64,000 nucleotides of DNA from the human T2T-CHM13v2.0 reference genome, Homo sapiens. The stretch lies in NCBI RefSeq assembly GCF_009914755.1, contig NC_060935.1; one strand, written 5' to 3'. This document shows, piece by piece, positions 42,668-57,316 of this stretch; positions within the stretch are counted from its first letter, which is position 1; each line of letters starts with the position of its first letter. The notes below the pieces were generated by a model that was not told where the DNA came from, did not search any database, and saw only the letters and a list, made by a program, of their open reading frames with translations. The translations under genes were made by a program, and so were the position numbers.

Positions 42668-42975
42668 TTTTTTTTTTTTTTTTTTTTTTGAGATGAAATC
42701 TCGCTCTTGTTGCCCAGGCTGGAGTGCAATGGAGCGATCTTGGCTCACTGCAACTCTGCTTCCCAGGTTCAAGTGATTCTCCCTGCCTCCGCCTCCCAAG
42801 TAGCTGGGATTACAGGTACCTGCCACCATGCCCGGCTAATTTTTATATTTTTAATAGAGACGGGGTTTCACCATGTTGGCCAGGCTGGTCTCGAACTCCT
42901 GACCTCAGGCGATCCACCTGCCTCAGTCTCCTCCCAAAATGCTGGGATTACAGGTGTGAGCCACCGTGCCTGGCC
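42668..42975 (-). mobile_element. AluSp/Sq-like element in the 3' UTR
   Basis: poly(T) followed by tcgctcttgttgcccaggctggagtgcaatgg; full length. Confidence 0.9.
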
Positions 42976-44222
42976 AGTGTGTTTTTTTCCTTTAAATATA
43001 TATGGCATTATACATCCAGCAAAGTTTACTGTGTTATACTCATTGCATCATTTGTTTAAAAAAAAAAAAGAAACTTGTAGCAGGAGACATTTAAAAATAT
43101 ATTTAGGAGTTCCTTTTAATAACTAAGTTAGAGACTCTCTTTCAGTAAGTTCTATGACTGTACCTTAATGAATGCATTTTATTTATCTCAATTTTTATTT
43201 GCTTCAAAATAGAATCGGATAAGTTTAAAATGTTCCTCTTACATTTGTGAATGTGTCTATGAGAGAGGGGCCATTTCTCACATATTTTAATTAACAACTA
43301 AATAAACAGACGTTGTTTTAAAGGAATTAACACTTAAATCCCAACCATCCTCATATAGAATAAAATATCAACCTAAATCTTTACTATAGATAGTATAATT
43401 CTATTATGTACCTGTAATGATAAGCATTGAAAGATTATTTACATTTTGAAAAACATGGAATTGATTCTTATTAAGAAAAAAGATATTTTCCAATGGAGTA
43501 ACTTGTTTTAATAGAGGTACAACCAGAACCAACAATTGTATTTCTCTATAGTTATTTTAAAATAGTAATCAATGCTATGTATTTGATGTATATGTTTCTA
43601 AATTAGAAATTTCTTTTGGCTTTGTGTTTTTTTAATGTGCGTTAAATATGTAAACTGAACCTGTTCCTAAAATGCATTAAACTTGAATGCTGTGTCTATC
43701 CAATGCCAAAATGCTCAGAAGAAAAGTGAATAATTCAGTCATTCATCTGGATGTAGTTTTCTGTGTAATCTCAAATATCTGAATATTGAAAAAACTAGGT
43801 TGCTAACTTTTTTCATTCCTTATGCAAATGTTTAGCATCATAGTGCTGTTTCAGATACAGATCTGTTTCATCAAATATCCTCAATTACAAGTCTAAGACA
43901 GTTATATGTAAAGAAAATGTATTATTTTAGATGAACAATGTGGATAACTGAACTAAAACGATATTTGTGAACTTTGCTATAATGAAATCTTTTATTTTTA
44001 TAGCTCAGGTATTGTAATTAGCACTAATTGCAGCAGAGACTGAAATAATTATTGACACCGTAGAGTACCATAGAGTAGGTTGAACTGGCCAGACCTAGAC
44101 AATGAAGAAAACACATACTGTTTACTTAGGAGACATTTTCTTAGTCGTGTGTATAGTCCTAAATTTCCCCAAACTATGTGTTCATTTGGATTGTGTTATA
44201 TAATAACAGTCGAATGATGAAG

Positions 44223-44263
44223 AATAAAAGATGCTGAAAGATGGCCTATTTTTGTTCAATAAA
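44223..44263 (+). terminator. Probable distal polyadenylation signals of LUZP2 (AATAAA at 44223-44228 and 44258-44263)
   Basis: Two canonical hexamers 35 nt apart, followed by CA dinucleotides and T-rich sequence. Confidence 0.55.
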
Positions 44264-45187
44264 GATTGTTACAAGAATACAATGTATATTATCTTACATA
44301 AACTAATTGAAAAAGCAGATATGAACATTAAAAATGGTACTTGCTTCTGTGTATCAGGATGTAAGAACTTTTCTTAAATAGCATCTTGAAATTTTTTTTA
44401 ATCTTTCTTTGCCAATGACCCCAAAATCTTTTATTTTGCAGGTGCTTTCTTTAAAAAAAAAAATAGAGTTCCATGGTCACAGGGATTTTGTCTTTTTTTT
44501 AATTTGAATTTTTATTTTTAATTTATGAATTATTGTGATGTGTAATAGGTACAATGTGATGTATCTCTATATATGAACACACATGTAGCGGAATGATTAT
44601 ATCAAGCTAATTAACATATCCATCACCTCACAAATTAATCTCAAGTGCTTGGAGCTAGCTGCCTCATACAAGATGCTCAAACATTTGTTGAATAAATTAA
44701 TTTAGAGGCTGAAGCAGCAAGGGAACAAGCAGGGGAGCAGCAAGGGAGCATGTATTGGCATGAGAACAGAGAACCATAAGAACCAAAAATAAGCATTTTG
44801 TTTCGTTTGTTGCTTTGTTCTTAGACTATCTTTTTTTTTTTACTTTTTCTTTTTCTTTTTCTAAAAGCTTTAATAATAGGCCTGTGGCTGGGATTTTCTA
44901 AGCAGAGTAGATAAGGCACTCCTGGGTAAATTTTGAAATGTAGGTCAATGCAATAGAAATATTTCACGTGGACTTTATGAGTCTTTAATTGACACCCACT
45001 TCTGACACATACTTGGACATGCACAGGTCACTTCTTTTAGCATTCGTTTCCTAATCTATTGGGTCTTAAGCAGTTGGCTTAAAACAGAGATTTTCTTCTA
45101 CATTCTGAAGAGACCTAGCCCTTTAGTAAAAATAACTCTAGGGCTACCGAGAGGTAAATGAATATCAAGAGGATAGGCTCTAGATTC

Positions 45188-45506
<319 letters not shown>

Positions 45507-48500
45507 CAGGACTCTGGATTCTGTAATCCCTTCAACTAAAATATTTATTATTTTACATAATTTATTTGTTGGGCTTATATAATCTGCATATACTTTTATT
45601 GGAGAAAGGGAGTCCAAGTCTAAAGTGATTTGAAAGTCACAGATCAAGAGGATCTCTATGATCCCTCCTTCCCATTTGTTCATTCAGTTAGCCATTCAAT
45701 CACTCACTAAATATTCTTTGAGATTCTGATATGTGCCTGGCATTCTACTTGTTAGAGGATCCAAATGTAAGCAAAAGTAATAGTTATGAATACCAATATG
45801 TTTCAGTTACACTATTCATTCTTTTAGGTGATTTTTAAAAATTTATTAAATATTCTCAGGATTCGTTGAAATAGATATTACAGTTATCATTATTTCACGG
45901 TTTAGGAAATTGACATAGAGAAGTAGTAATTACCCCCAAATCATACAGCTAGTAAGAGGAAGAGGTGAGATATGGATCTGGAAATGAGTTACTGGAATCC
46001 ATGCACTTACCAACTTCAACATGCAGCCTCTCCTGCAAAGGCCGGGGCCCTGCCCTGATGGAACTTAAAGTTTAAAAAAAAAATGGTTTCAAAATATACA
46101 TATATATGTATAAAATAAAAAATAAAAAAAATAGGACTCAGAAAAACACTGAAAAAAAAGAGAGATGATTAATGAAGGAAGCATACAGATAAATGCATTA
46201 CTGCGACAAATACAAATGTGGGTTCTCTTTATAGCATACCATAGGGTAAAGGCAGGAGTATCTGAATGTCTTAGCTGTGCAAAGGCTTGATGGAGAAAAT
46301 GATATTAAGCTAAGATTAATAAAAATATGATATTTGTATGGATGTTCAAACCTTCAAAAAGGAAATTTTCTGGTATTAGATACTAGCTAACAATATTTGA
46401 AAGTGCAAACTTGAATTCGCACAATTAGATATTTGTTAACTGCTGAATGAGCATGCTTTCCTGGGCCACATCTCTATCAAGGATGAGAACAAGAGAAGGC
46501 ACGCTGTGGTGGGTCATGAGTAAAATGTGATGCTGACACTCTGCACATAAAAGCCACTAAGAATGACAAGTCTGGGTGATTCTGAGAAAGTGTAGGATAA
46601 GTAGTAACAGTATGGGTAAGGGGTTGCGGAGAGGAATAAATAATGAAGAGGGAATTTTAAATTCCTCGTTTTAATCCCTGAAACAGATCTTGCTGAAGTA
46701 GACGGGTCATAAATAAAAATGAATTATTTACTAGATGTGTTTCCAGTCATTACTCATTGACCATGGAGGTACTTTAATGAATATTAGCCCAATTAATAAC
46801 TACAAGTTTGAAAAGTGTGAGATAGATGATAAATGTTCTTCAGATCATCAGAACTTGAGATCAGCTAGGTGTGTCCAAAAAGTAAATTAGATTATCAAGT
46901 TGACATAATTAACTCTAGTACCCTTGAAAGAGAATATGCCTTCTCACGTTTTATTCTCCTTGGAGGAAAAGCAGGCTGTTTGTAAGTATTCAACTTAATA
47001 AGAGTAAGGGAATAAGAGGGTGGTTGAGGTTTGGGGCAGTATAAAACCTGAGATACCCTCATTTTTTCTACGATGAATACATAGACTGGTTTTTGAATGA
47101 GGAATTAGGAGAGATCTTTCTCTATAAACGTTAAAAAACAGTCTGTCATTTCCTCTTTTATTATGACTTCATTTGGGGAGTTTGCCCCTAAAGGCTTTTT
47201 GGTTTTTGAGTCTCCAAATAAGTTTTAGATACTCCTATGATGCATTTGTTTTACCCATTGACATGGCATCTGTTAACTGAAACCTAATAATTTTTCATGT
47301 ATGTTCCTATGGACACATATGTGCATTGTATGTGCTTGTGCATATTCTTGTTTGCATATGCCTATTGTAGGCATTATTATAGGGATTCCATACACATTTG
47401 TGCTCTCTGGCATCTGTGCACATTCTAATTTGTGGATGGGTAAATTTAGCATATGAATAACTTCATATGTTCACATCTCTCCACATGGATGTACATGCCT
47501 TCATGATGTTCATCAATATTAATTCATCAAAACATACTTACGTTATACATACATGACACATATATCAGTTGAATACCTTTTTATACCCTGATTCCATTTA
47601 CATGTTTCATAGTATTTTAACATAGGAATTCTAAGAGCATAGTAGATAACTGCGTATTTATAGTTAAGTGAGAGTCCAATACCGTTGCAGTGAACACACT
47701 GCTAATTCATGCTGTGCAAGTGAACACACCAAATTAGCATACCACTTCAGTTATTTGATAGGGTAGCCATCCTCAGTTGTCAAGTACGCAGGCTTGGCTC
47801 ATGTACCTCTTTATGTTTTCTCATCCATTTACACTTAGACCTAGACCAGACAGTGATATTTGGAACTACTTGCTGGATGCACTAAGGCAGGGGATTCCTG
47901 TTGGCATGGTTCTGCATGAATGGAACCTCAAATGGATTTTGTAGATTATCCTCATTGTTACCAAAACATTTTTTATTTGAGGAAAATGTTGCAAGTATTT
48001 ATACTAGATAATATCCACTGTGACTGTACTGGAACAAAGGTATTCTGATAGAGAAAAAAGAATGTAATCATAAGGTCCAGGAAAGAGAGGTATTTCATTT
48101 ATCTTAACTGATGAGAATGTTCTAATGACAGGTATTTGCTGTAGAAGTTTCTAGGCCTAGCTTACCCTGAAATCAATACACTTTTGAAAGTCAGTGTCTG
48201 TTTGTGAGGAAATACATTGCTAAGGTTTTCTCTTATTTTCTTTATAAAAAATAAAATTATGTTACTTTGTTCTCTGTGTTTTATTTGAAATTTGGGTTAA
48301 TTACTTAATAAAATCCATGTTTATAGTGTACAGAATAAAATACTAATTAATCCATGGTAGAATTACTAAGGTTAATGGGCTTTTAATTAAGATATGATGT
48401 GATTTTTGTAATTTTATTTTCCCAGATAAACTGAAGTTAGATATGTCTGTTTGATTCAAATTATCCAGTTTCTATCAACTCCAACTTTACCAGGTGACCT

Positions 48501-49140
48501 GGTACCTAATTATTGTTTTCCAACACATCATAGGATTTAATATCTCCTACTATTCCATGAAATATGAGTAAACAATGCAAACTCACAAGTCATTTTTTCT
48601 AAAGGTTGATGCATGTACTTTACTTGGGCCAAAGGCTAGAGTGGGCATTGTCATGGTAGACTTTTAAATGAAACACTCAGAAGACTTCCTGACTTGGCTC
48701 CCAGTTTTGGGTCTTGAAATACACTATTTTAGGCCAGATTTTCTAAAGGTTACTTCACTTCATACATATGTCTGAACCTTGAGGAGTGTACACATAACTG
48801 CCCATAGAAGTGGTAAAATATGTTTATAAGCAGATGCTTTGGAGGTAGACTGTTAGCATTACATTTTTTAATCAGTTTTTTATGTTTGTGTCCTCAATTA
48901 GCTAATCTCTGTGTGTTTCAGTGCTTCCATCAGTAGATTGGGAATAATAAGATAGCACACGTCAAGATAATAATAACCATTTCATTTAAATATTAAATGA
49001 GATTATATGAATAAGACACACAGTAAACATTTAATAAATGATAGTTATTTCTGTTTTAAGGGTATTTACACATATAGAAATGCATTTGCAAATGCCTAAT
49101 AAGAAAATTATCATGCATTTGGGATTGGATATGTGTTCAA

Positions 49141-49143
<3 letters not shown>

Positions 49144-49174
<31 letters not shown>
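49144..49174. repeat. (TG)n microsatellite
   Basis: Seen directly. Confidence 0.95.
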
Positions 49175-49180
<6 letters not shown>

Positions 49181-50219
49181 GAGGTGTGTGTTCCAGGGTG
49201 TCTATATGTAGTGAGCAGGAGATATGATGTGTCTTATTTCTAAATAAACTATATTGTTTATTATCTAAAGAAAAAGACTGGAGTTATCTAGTTACCCTTA
49301 TGTTGAACTCATATTTCTTAAGATTAATGAGCTAAGATATGATGATCATCCTTGTAAAAGCCCTGAGTAGTAGCATGAAGTGACTCTCCATTTATGTGCT
49401 CAATATTGTCGCACTTTTTCTTCTAAAAACATCTAATTTTTGTCTCCTGTTGTGAGTCACAAATAATAACTAGGAGAGCAGAATTCTGTTCATTTCTTTC
49501 CCAAGATTTTATAAGAATGCTTTCATTTCCTTTACCTTCTGGCATAAATTATTTTCTAGATTTTGTTTTCTTATCTAATCTTAAGTGATAATAAATAACA
49601 TCTGCGGAAAAATGACAAATTGATTCATTCTTATTTGCAACGATATAATTTTAGTAAGATGTGGTATAGGCTATAATCTAAAGTGATTTGCAACAGTTCA
49701 TTCTAGAAATTGAGTAGATATAGAAATAAAAAGTTACAAGATTCAATGATATTTTTATTGAATAGAAAAAAATTTATTCTAGTTTTTTTTTTTTTGCTTT
49801 CCAAGTTTTAAGCATGTATTGGTCTAGTACTAGTTTTACAGGGACCTTTAAAACACCAATAAAACGTTAATGAAAACCAAGCCTCATTTCAGATTTTATG
49901 GTGGAAATAATTTTACACACATTCATTACTTTTTGAAATTAGATTTTGATTCTCAATAGGGAAATAGAAGCATCAATTTTCCCTTTCAATCTTACTTCAT
50001 CCTTACTTCAAAGCTTCGTGGACCTCTTTATGCCTTTCCTCTTTCCCATTTTTTCTTTTATTAAAGACAAGTGTGTGAAAAAAGACTCCTTCCTGATATG
50101 CCCTGAAATTCTTTTTTGAGAGTGTAAATGAGATAAAGTCTTTGTGGAACTGAAAGCTCCTAGAAAGTTTGAGATTTATATAACCAATATACTTTTTTAA
50201 ATACAAGGTTTTTACACTT

Positions 50220-50750
50220 TTGAACTACCCTAATAGTCTGCTCAATTGTCATTCTGTGACACCTTTGCCCCCGCAGTCTATTCACCACATAATGTCCATA
50301 CTGATTCTTAAAAAAAAACAAAAAAAGTTACATCATGACAATCCACTGTTTAAAATTATCAAATTGTTTCTAATCTCACTGAGAACTGTACTTAAAAGAA
50401 TGAAATCCTCATCATGGCCTACCAGGCCCTACTGTGCTTGGCCTCCCTCTCTTGGCCTCATTTCCCGCCACTCTCCCAATGGTTTATTTTCCTCTAATTA
50501 CACTGGCCTCCTTGCTGTACCTTATATTTGCTGAAAAGCTCTTATATCAGGGTCTTAGTACTTGATCTCTGACTGGGATGCTGTTTCTTTAACTATTTAT
50601 GCAGCTTACCCTTCTCTGTTCTCTACTGAAATGTCACTGCATAAGAAGGATTATTCTTGATTACTCTACTTAAAATGGTACCATATCCCCACCACTCTCC
50701 CGTTACTTTGTTTAAAATTACTTCGTGGCATTATATCATATATAATGATA
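50220..50750. mobile_element. L2 remnant
   Basis: Typical L2 motifs (catggcctaccaggccct, cactggcctccttgctg, aaatgtcac). Confidence 0.6.
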
Positions 50751-51502
50751 TGGCAACTTTTAGCAAAATAAATTTGTTTTTACAGTAGATTGGTTTACCA
50801 GATTAAGAATGCAATCACCCCAATACTTTAGGTGACTTATCCAAGGTACATGATACCAGAACTGAGATACAAATTTGGAAGACAGTGTAGCCTTACTCAT
50901 CTAGTTTTTAATGTATACCCTGAACCTTATCTTAGCAGGGTTAGGATAACCAAAAGAGAGTTCCTGGGCCATGCCCTAGAATCACTAAAACAGTTTTTCT
51001 CATATTGTATCGAAGGAGTCTACTTTTTGTAAGAATTAAGATGAACCTACACAAACTAGGTTTAAAAGCACTGAAGTATGCCTGACTTACTGCTTATATA
51101 ACTACTATTAACATCTATAGCTGTCCAATTTTTCTCTTATATAAAATCTACCTTGTGAGGCAAATTTTTCCTGTTCCAATGTTTTTCATTATAGTACACA
51201 TAAGATATTATGACAGATTTTTCTACCATCTCCCAAATACTGAAGCTTTTCAGCCTGTTGTGAAGCAAAGTTGCTTTTTTCCCCATTTCTGGCTACTTCT
51301 TATACAGCAATCAGCATGCCAGACCAGAATTTCTCACCAAATTGGCAAGGTAATGGTTTTGTTTTCCCTCTCCACTGGATGTATTAATATAATGAGCATG
51401 GTAATTGATGGCTGATAGTACTAATAATTATTCTAACAAGAATTATGTAATTGACTGTCATGCAGACTGATGGTAATAGGATCTCCATAATTTTAATTTC
51501 CA

Positions 51503-51548
51503 TTAAAAGTAGTGGCAAAAAACACAATTACTTTTGTACCAAACCTAA
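51503..51548. mobile_element. MADE1 (Hsmar1 MITE) half element
   Basis: ttaaaagtagtggcaaaaaacacaattacttttgtaccaaacctaa followed by TA resembles one MADE1 arm. Confidence 0.7.
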
Positions 51549-52239
51549 TAGCCTCTTTTGGAAGCTATTGGTTTCATTATTTTTATGACATTGTTCCATT
51601 TCTTTTGAACTGTAATCTTATCTCCCTGCCTATCAGGATAAGAGGCTTTCGAGTTTGGTGATAGATTTTCGATGTGACTGGAACCTTCATACATCTTTTA
51701 GTAGAGAAACAAATCTATGGCTATAATCAGGAAAAGAGGGATAAAGGAGCTAGAAACTATTGGAGCTAGAACTTTGCCTCCACCATCGTCCAATAAATGA
51801 TGTGAAGTAACAAATTTGTTATTATCAATGATTTTAAAAGAGGTTATAAAGTAACAATTTTCAATGAGTTTGCTCCTGAGTAGGTCATTAAGGAACCTGA
51901 ACTTACCCATGTCTCGATTATATTATAGTGTTAGCCTCAGGCCTTTACATGCTTTCAAAGATCAAAGAGTAAAGTTGGCCTGATTCAGTGAAGCTGCTAT
52001 TTTGCATCCCTCAACAAGCAGCAAGAATTCAAGCATTTACTTTTATTTATTTTTTCTGAGTAGTCTCTAAGTCAGGCTAATAGCTTAAATTTGTAATAAG
52101 GAGATAGGAACTAAGGGAATGAAATGCAAATCAGAATATTTCACTCTTTATTCTCCACTTTTCCATCACTTAGTCTCCAAACTTCTCACCAAGGTTCACA
52201 ATGCCATACCCGATCTGGCTTCTGGCTCAATAGCTGCAT

Positions 52240-53545
<1,306 letters not shown>

Positions 53546-55539
53546 TGGCTACCACAGTATCCATGAGCAAATAAATTAGCTTCTCTCCCTGTTCAAAAGC
53601 AGCAGCTAGATATCCTATTTCCTTCCAAAACACAGAGGGATACAAACCTAACCTGACTGCATGGCAATGTCATGCCAGAACTCACTAGTACTTACAAAAA
53701 TGCTATAACCTGGTAAAATTAGCCTTCTCTTAGACAAATGTAGATTTATTACACCCTCTAACATTCTGATAGTCAACTCAAACTTCCTTTGAATTCCAAA
53801 GTGTTTTTGTTTCAACTTCCTTTCAGCTCTCTACATATCCAATATATCTGTCCTATCTTCTATATTGTCTTTATAACATACAATTCCCTTTCTTATATTT
53901 ATTCCCAAGAGTAGCTTAAGAATTTTAAGAATATGTAAGAATATGTGACATTGTATTAGCTGCTTATAGAAATAATTCATTTTTAAGCATATTTTTATAA
54001 ATTCACCCAGTGAAGGCAAGGGAACTGTTTGGCATGTAATAGTCATTCATTAATTATATGTTGGATGAAAGAGTGAATGAATATATATTATATGACTACT
54101 GACACCATGGAAAGGAAATTTATTATGCAGCAACTCTTATGGGTCAAGCATCATTGATACTATTCACATTATCATTATGTTTTATTATTTATATTATTTG
54201 TACATATTATATTCTAACATGAATATCCTTAAAAATATTTGAAATGCATAGAGAGTAACTAACTTGTCCAATGTCACAATACCTGTAAATGACAGGACAG
54301 TAACTTGAACGCAGAACATCTTATTCCAATTTTCAGTTTAGTTTTAATGCAACTCAAAGTTTAACCGTCTATGTATTATTGACTGCTCTTCTTCCAATTC
54401 ATGTGTATAATAAAATTTTATATCTTAAGAAAAACTTTAAATAAATACTTAAATTCTACTTGGAAAGTGACTTGATGATTTAGTATGGAATCATGGGGCT
54501 GATACATGTTCTATGTTGTGATTAAGGGTTATGTTAGAATGAGGGTCTTTAATCATGATAATTCCCCAAAGAGTAGCCTGAATTTCCTGAAACTGAAGGT
54601 CTAATAAGTGGGAGATGCAATAAATGTCATTTCACATGTGAGCCAATAAAAAGGCAGGTAATGATTAAACACTGTATTTTTAAACCTATGCCTAAGCTAA
54701 TTTGTTGAAAATTATAGTCACTTTTTCTGAGAATTATTTTTAAGGAACTCATTCTTTGGAAAATTGCAGCTAAGAAAATGGTACGTGTGTGACATTACAT
54801 TATCCATTTTTAAACTGAAGTTTTAAAGATGAATATTATTTGGGAAGAAAGTCATTAAAAGAAAATTGTTCTTCAGAGTAATTTCAGCCTGAATTTCATA
54901 GGCATTTATAAAGAAAATGTTACTTCTGGATTGGACAACCATAGACAAATAGGGTGCAGGCAAACAGAATCATAATGATTTATACTTATAAAGTGAGCCT
55001 CATTTACTTATTAATGTATTTCCTTGACTCTACATAGTCAGGATTGCTCATAACATACACACTTCAAATTCACAGAGCAGATCACCTAGGGAAATAAATG
55101 TGGATAAATTTCTAGGCCACAGATCAATAAAATGAAGTTCTGGGTAGATACTCCCTTATACTCAGTAGCTTTGGGTACTCAGAGAACTATAGATTTTTGG
55201 CAACTGTCTAGTGCCTCATATTTGGTCGGTCAGCATCAACCAGGCAACTGCATGTCACAGAAGCTCTGTGAGTGAATCTATCAGAAAGACACTACTCAGC
55301 CCACACAGGCAAAATAAGCGAAGAGTTTATGTCTTGCCCTATCATCAAACAGAAGGAAAAAGAGGTGCTAGCTCAGCAGCTAATTTCCTAAAGTAATGAC
55401 ATCAAAATAGCCCCAATGATAATAATGAATAAGTAATATAAAATACTATCTGTGTACTTGGCACAGTGCAATCATAACATCTCCACGACAGGGGTGCACT
55501 ATTTTCCAAATTTTACATATAATGGAAATAAGGGCACTG

Positions 55540-55982
55540 TGTACCTGACAATATTGAACATTACCTGAACCCTATTCTTCTGAAAAATGATAGTTATGAA
55601 ATCCCCCACCATTGTGTGTTTCAGGAAATAGCTCTCCAGATGATTTGTATAATAGGTGGACACACTTTCTCATGACTCTCATAAGATTCACAAATGACTC
55701 CACCTGTGACAAGGCAAAATATAGACCTCTCTCCTTTTGCCTGATCTGACAAATAGAGCCAGCTGAACCAGCTGAACACAGCAATAAATGTTTTCTCTTT
55801 AGTGACTGACTGAAATTTCCCCTGCAAATCACTCTTCCTTTGACTTGTACACTCATTTCTATAAAAGGATAAGGCAAAACCACCCCCAGGAACACTCTGT
55901 TTTGGACATTGGAACCTCACCCTGTTGCAATAGCCATAGTAAAGTCAATTCCCTTAGGTTTTGTTTGTTTTTGTCTTTGACA
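55540..55982 (+). mobile_element. Probable old LTR (family not determined)
   Basis: TATA-like ctataaaag, downstream agtaaa, ends ...tttgaca. The left boundary is uncertain. Confidence 0.35.
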
Positions 55983-55985
55983 TAC

Positions 55986-56827
55986 TATATTAATCTGTTC
56001 TCATGCTGCTGTAAAGAACTCCCTCAAAACCCAGGGCCCAGCCCCAGCTGGGCCCCTGCCAAGACCCCGGCCTCTGTGCTGGGATGGAGACTCCGGATTG
56101 AGGCTGGTAAAAGCTGAACTCAATAGCAGCAATGAGAGTGCTCACGCCACTCTGTGTGTGCAGTCAGCAGTGTGGCCACAGATGGGGGCCACTCTCTCAA
56201 CCTCAGGTGTCCCCAGGGCCCGGACCGCTACTGGGCACAGCCAGGCTGGCTACCAACTGGTTACCTGCCCTGTGGCTGGGGGACAGAGCAGCAGGTATCA
56301 GCTGGGCTAGGGTCAGGGTCAGGGGGCCACTGGTGCACAGCCTGGCACAGACTGGCAGACTTGAGGCCCAGGGTGCTGAGGGTGGTCACACATCCATCAG
56401 CCACCTCCAGCTCTTCCAGGGCATTCTAGATGGGGTCCCGGGAGGGGGCAGGTTTTGGTGCCAATTTGAGTGTATAAAGTTTTAGGTAAATACAAAAAAA
56501 AAAAAAAAAAAAAGAGCTACCTGACACTGGGTAATTTATAAAAATAAGAGGTTTAATTGACTCACAGTTCCACTGGCTTAACAGAAATCATGACTGGAAG
56601 GCCTACAGGAAACTTACAATCATGATGGAATGTGAAGGGGAAGCAAGAAGCTTTTTTACGGGCAACAGGAGAGAGAGTGAGCAGGGAAGTGCCATACACT
56701 TTTAAACTATCAGATGTCCTGAGAACAGCAAGGGAGCATCCCACCCCCATGATCCAATCACCTCCCACCAGGTCCCTCCTCCAATTCAACATGATATTTT
56801 CACGGGACACAAATCCAAATCATATCA
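55986..56827 (-). mobile_element. MSTA/MSTB-like MaLR solo LTR, split by a retrocopy
   Basis: MST body (ctgggtaatttata...gaggtttaattgactcacagttcc; cccatgatccaatcacctcccaccagg); 5-bp TSD CATAC (55981-55985 and 56828-56832). Confidence 0.88.
56021..56510 (+). pseudogene. 5'-truncated processed retrocopy of an unidentified GC-rich transcript
   Basis: Non-repeat, GC-rich ~470 bp; TATAAA at 56473, 15 nt before a ~20-nt poly(A); TSD AAAGA(A/G)CT (56013-56020 and 56511-56518). Confidence 0.8.
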
Positions 56828-56938
56828 CATACCTAATGTTATTTTTTCACTTTGATATGAATTATAATTCTATCTGCAGTTCTGTAGTATATCTCATTTA
56901 AGCCTTAAGTTATTCATTCTAAAGTCACAGAAACTGGG

Positions 56939-57316
56939 TGATCTGATTTGGCCACGTCCCCACCAAAATCTCAATCTTGAATTGTACTGCCCATAATCCC
57001 CAGGTGTTGTGGGAGGGACCTGGTGGGAGATAATTGAATCAGGAGCTAGATTACCCTAATGGTTTTCTGCTGATAGGAGTGAGTTCTCATGAGATCTGAT
57101 GGTTTTATAAGGGCCTTCCTCCCTCAATCAGCTCTCATTCTTCTCTCTTCTGTCACCATGTGAAGATGGATGTGTTTGCTTCCTTTTCCACTATGATTGT
57201 AAGTTTCCTGAGGCTTTCCCAGCCCTGCAGAAGTGTGAGTCATTTAATCCTCTTTCCTTTATAAATTACCCAGTTTCAGTTATTTCTTCATAGCAGCATG
57301 AGAACAGAATAATACA
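56939..57316 (+). mobile_element. THE1 (THE1C/D-like) solo LTR
   Basis: tgatctgatttggc...cttgaattgta...tttataaattacccag...taataca; perfect 5-bp TSD CTGGG (56934-56938 and 57317-57321). Confidence 0.9.

Larger units (their letters stand above)
40297..44285 (+). other. LUZP2: LUZP2 3' UTR (~4 kb, end approximate)
   Basis: Follows the stop codon; AU-rich and mostly unique sequence up to paired AATAAA signals at 44223 and 44258. The end position is inferred, not observed. Confidence 0.6.

Noticed and set aside
42707-43126. 139-aa ORF in the 3' UTR
   Set aside because: Antisense Alu translation with a non-ATG start.
56098-56485. Overlapping 70-117 aa ORFs in the retrocopy as a new gene
   Set aside because: GC-rich DNA has few stops. 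The copy is 5'-truncated and no homology was recognised. Kept only as a retrocopy finding.
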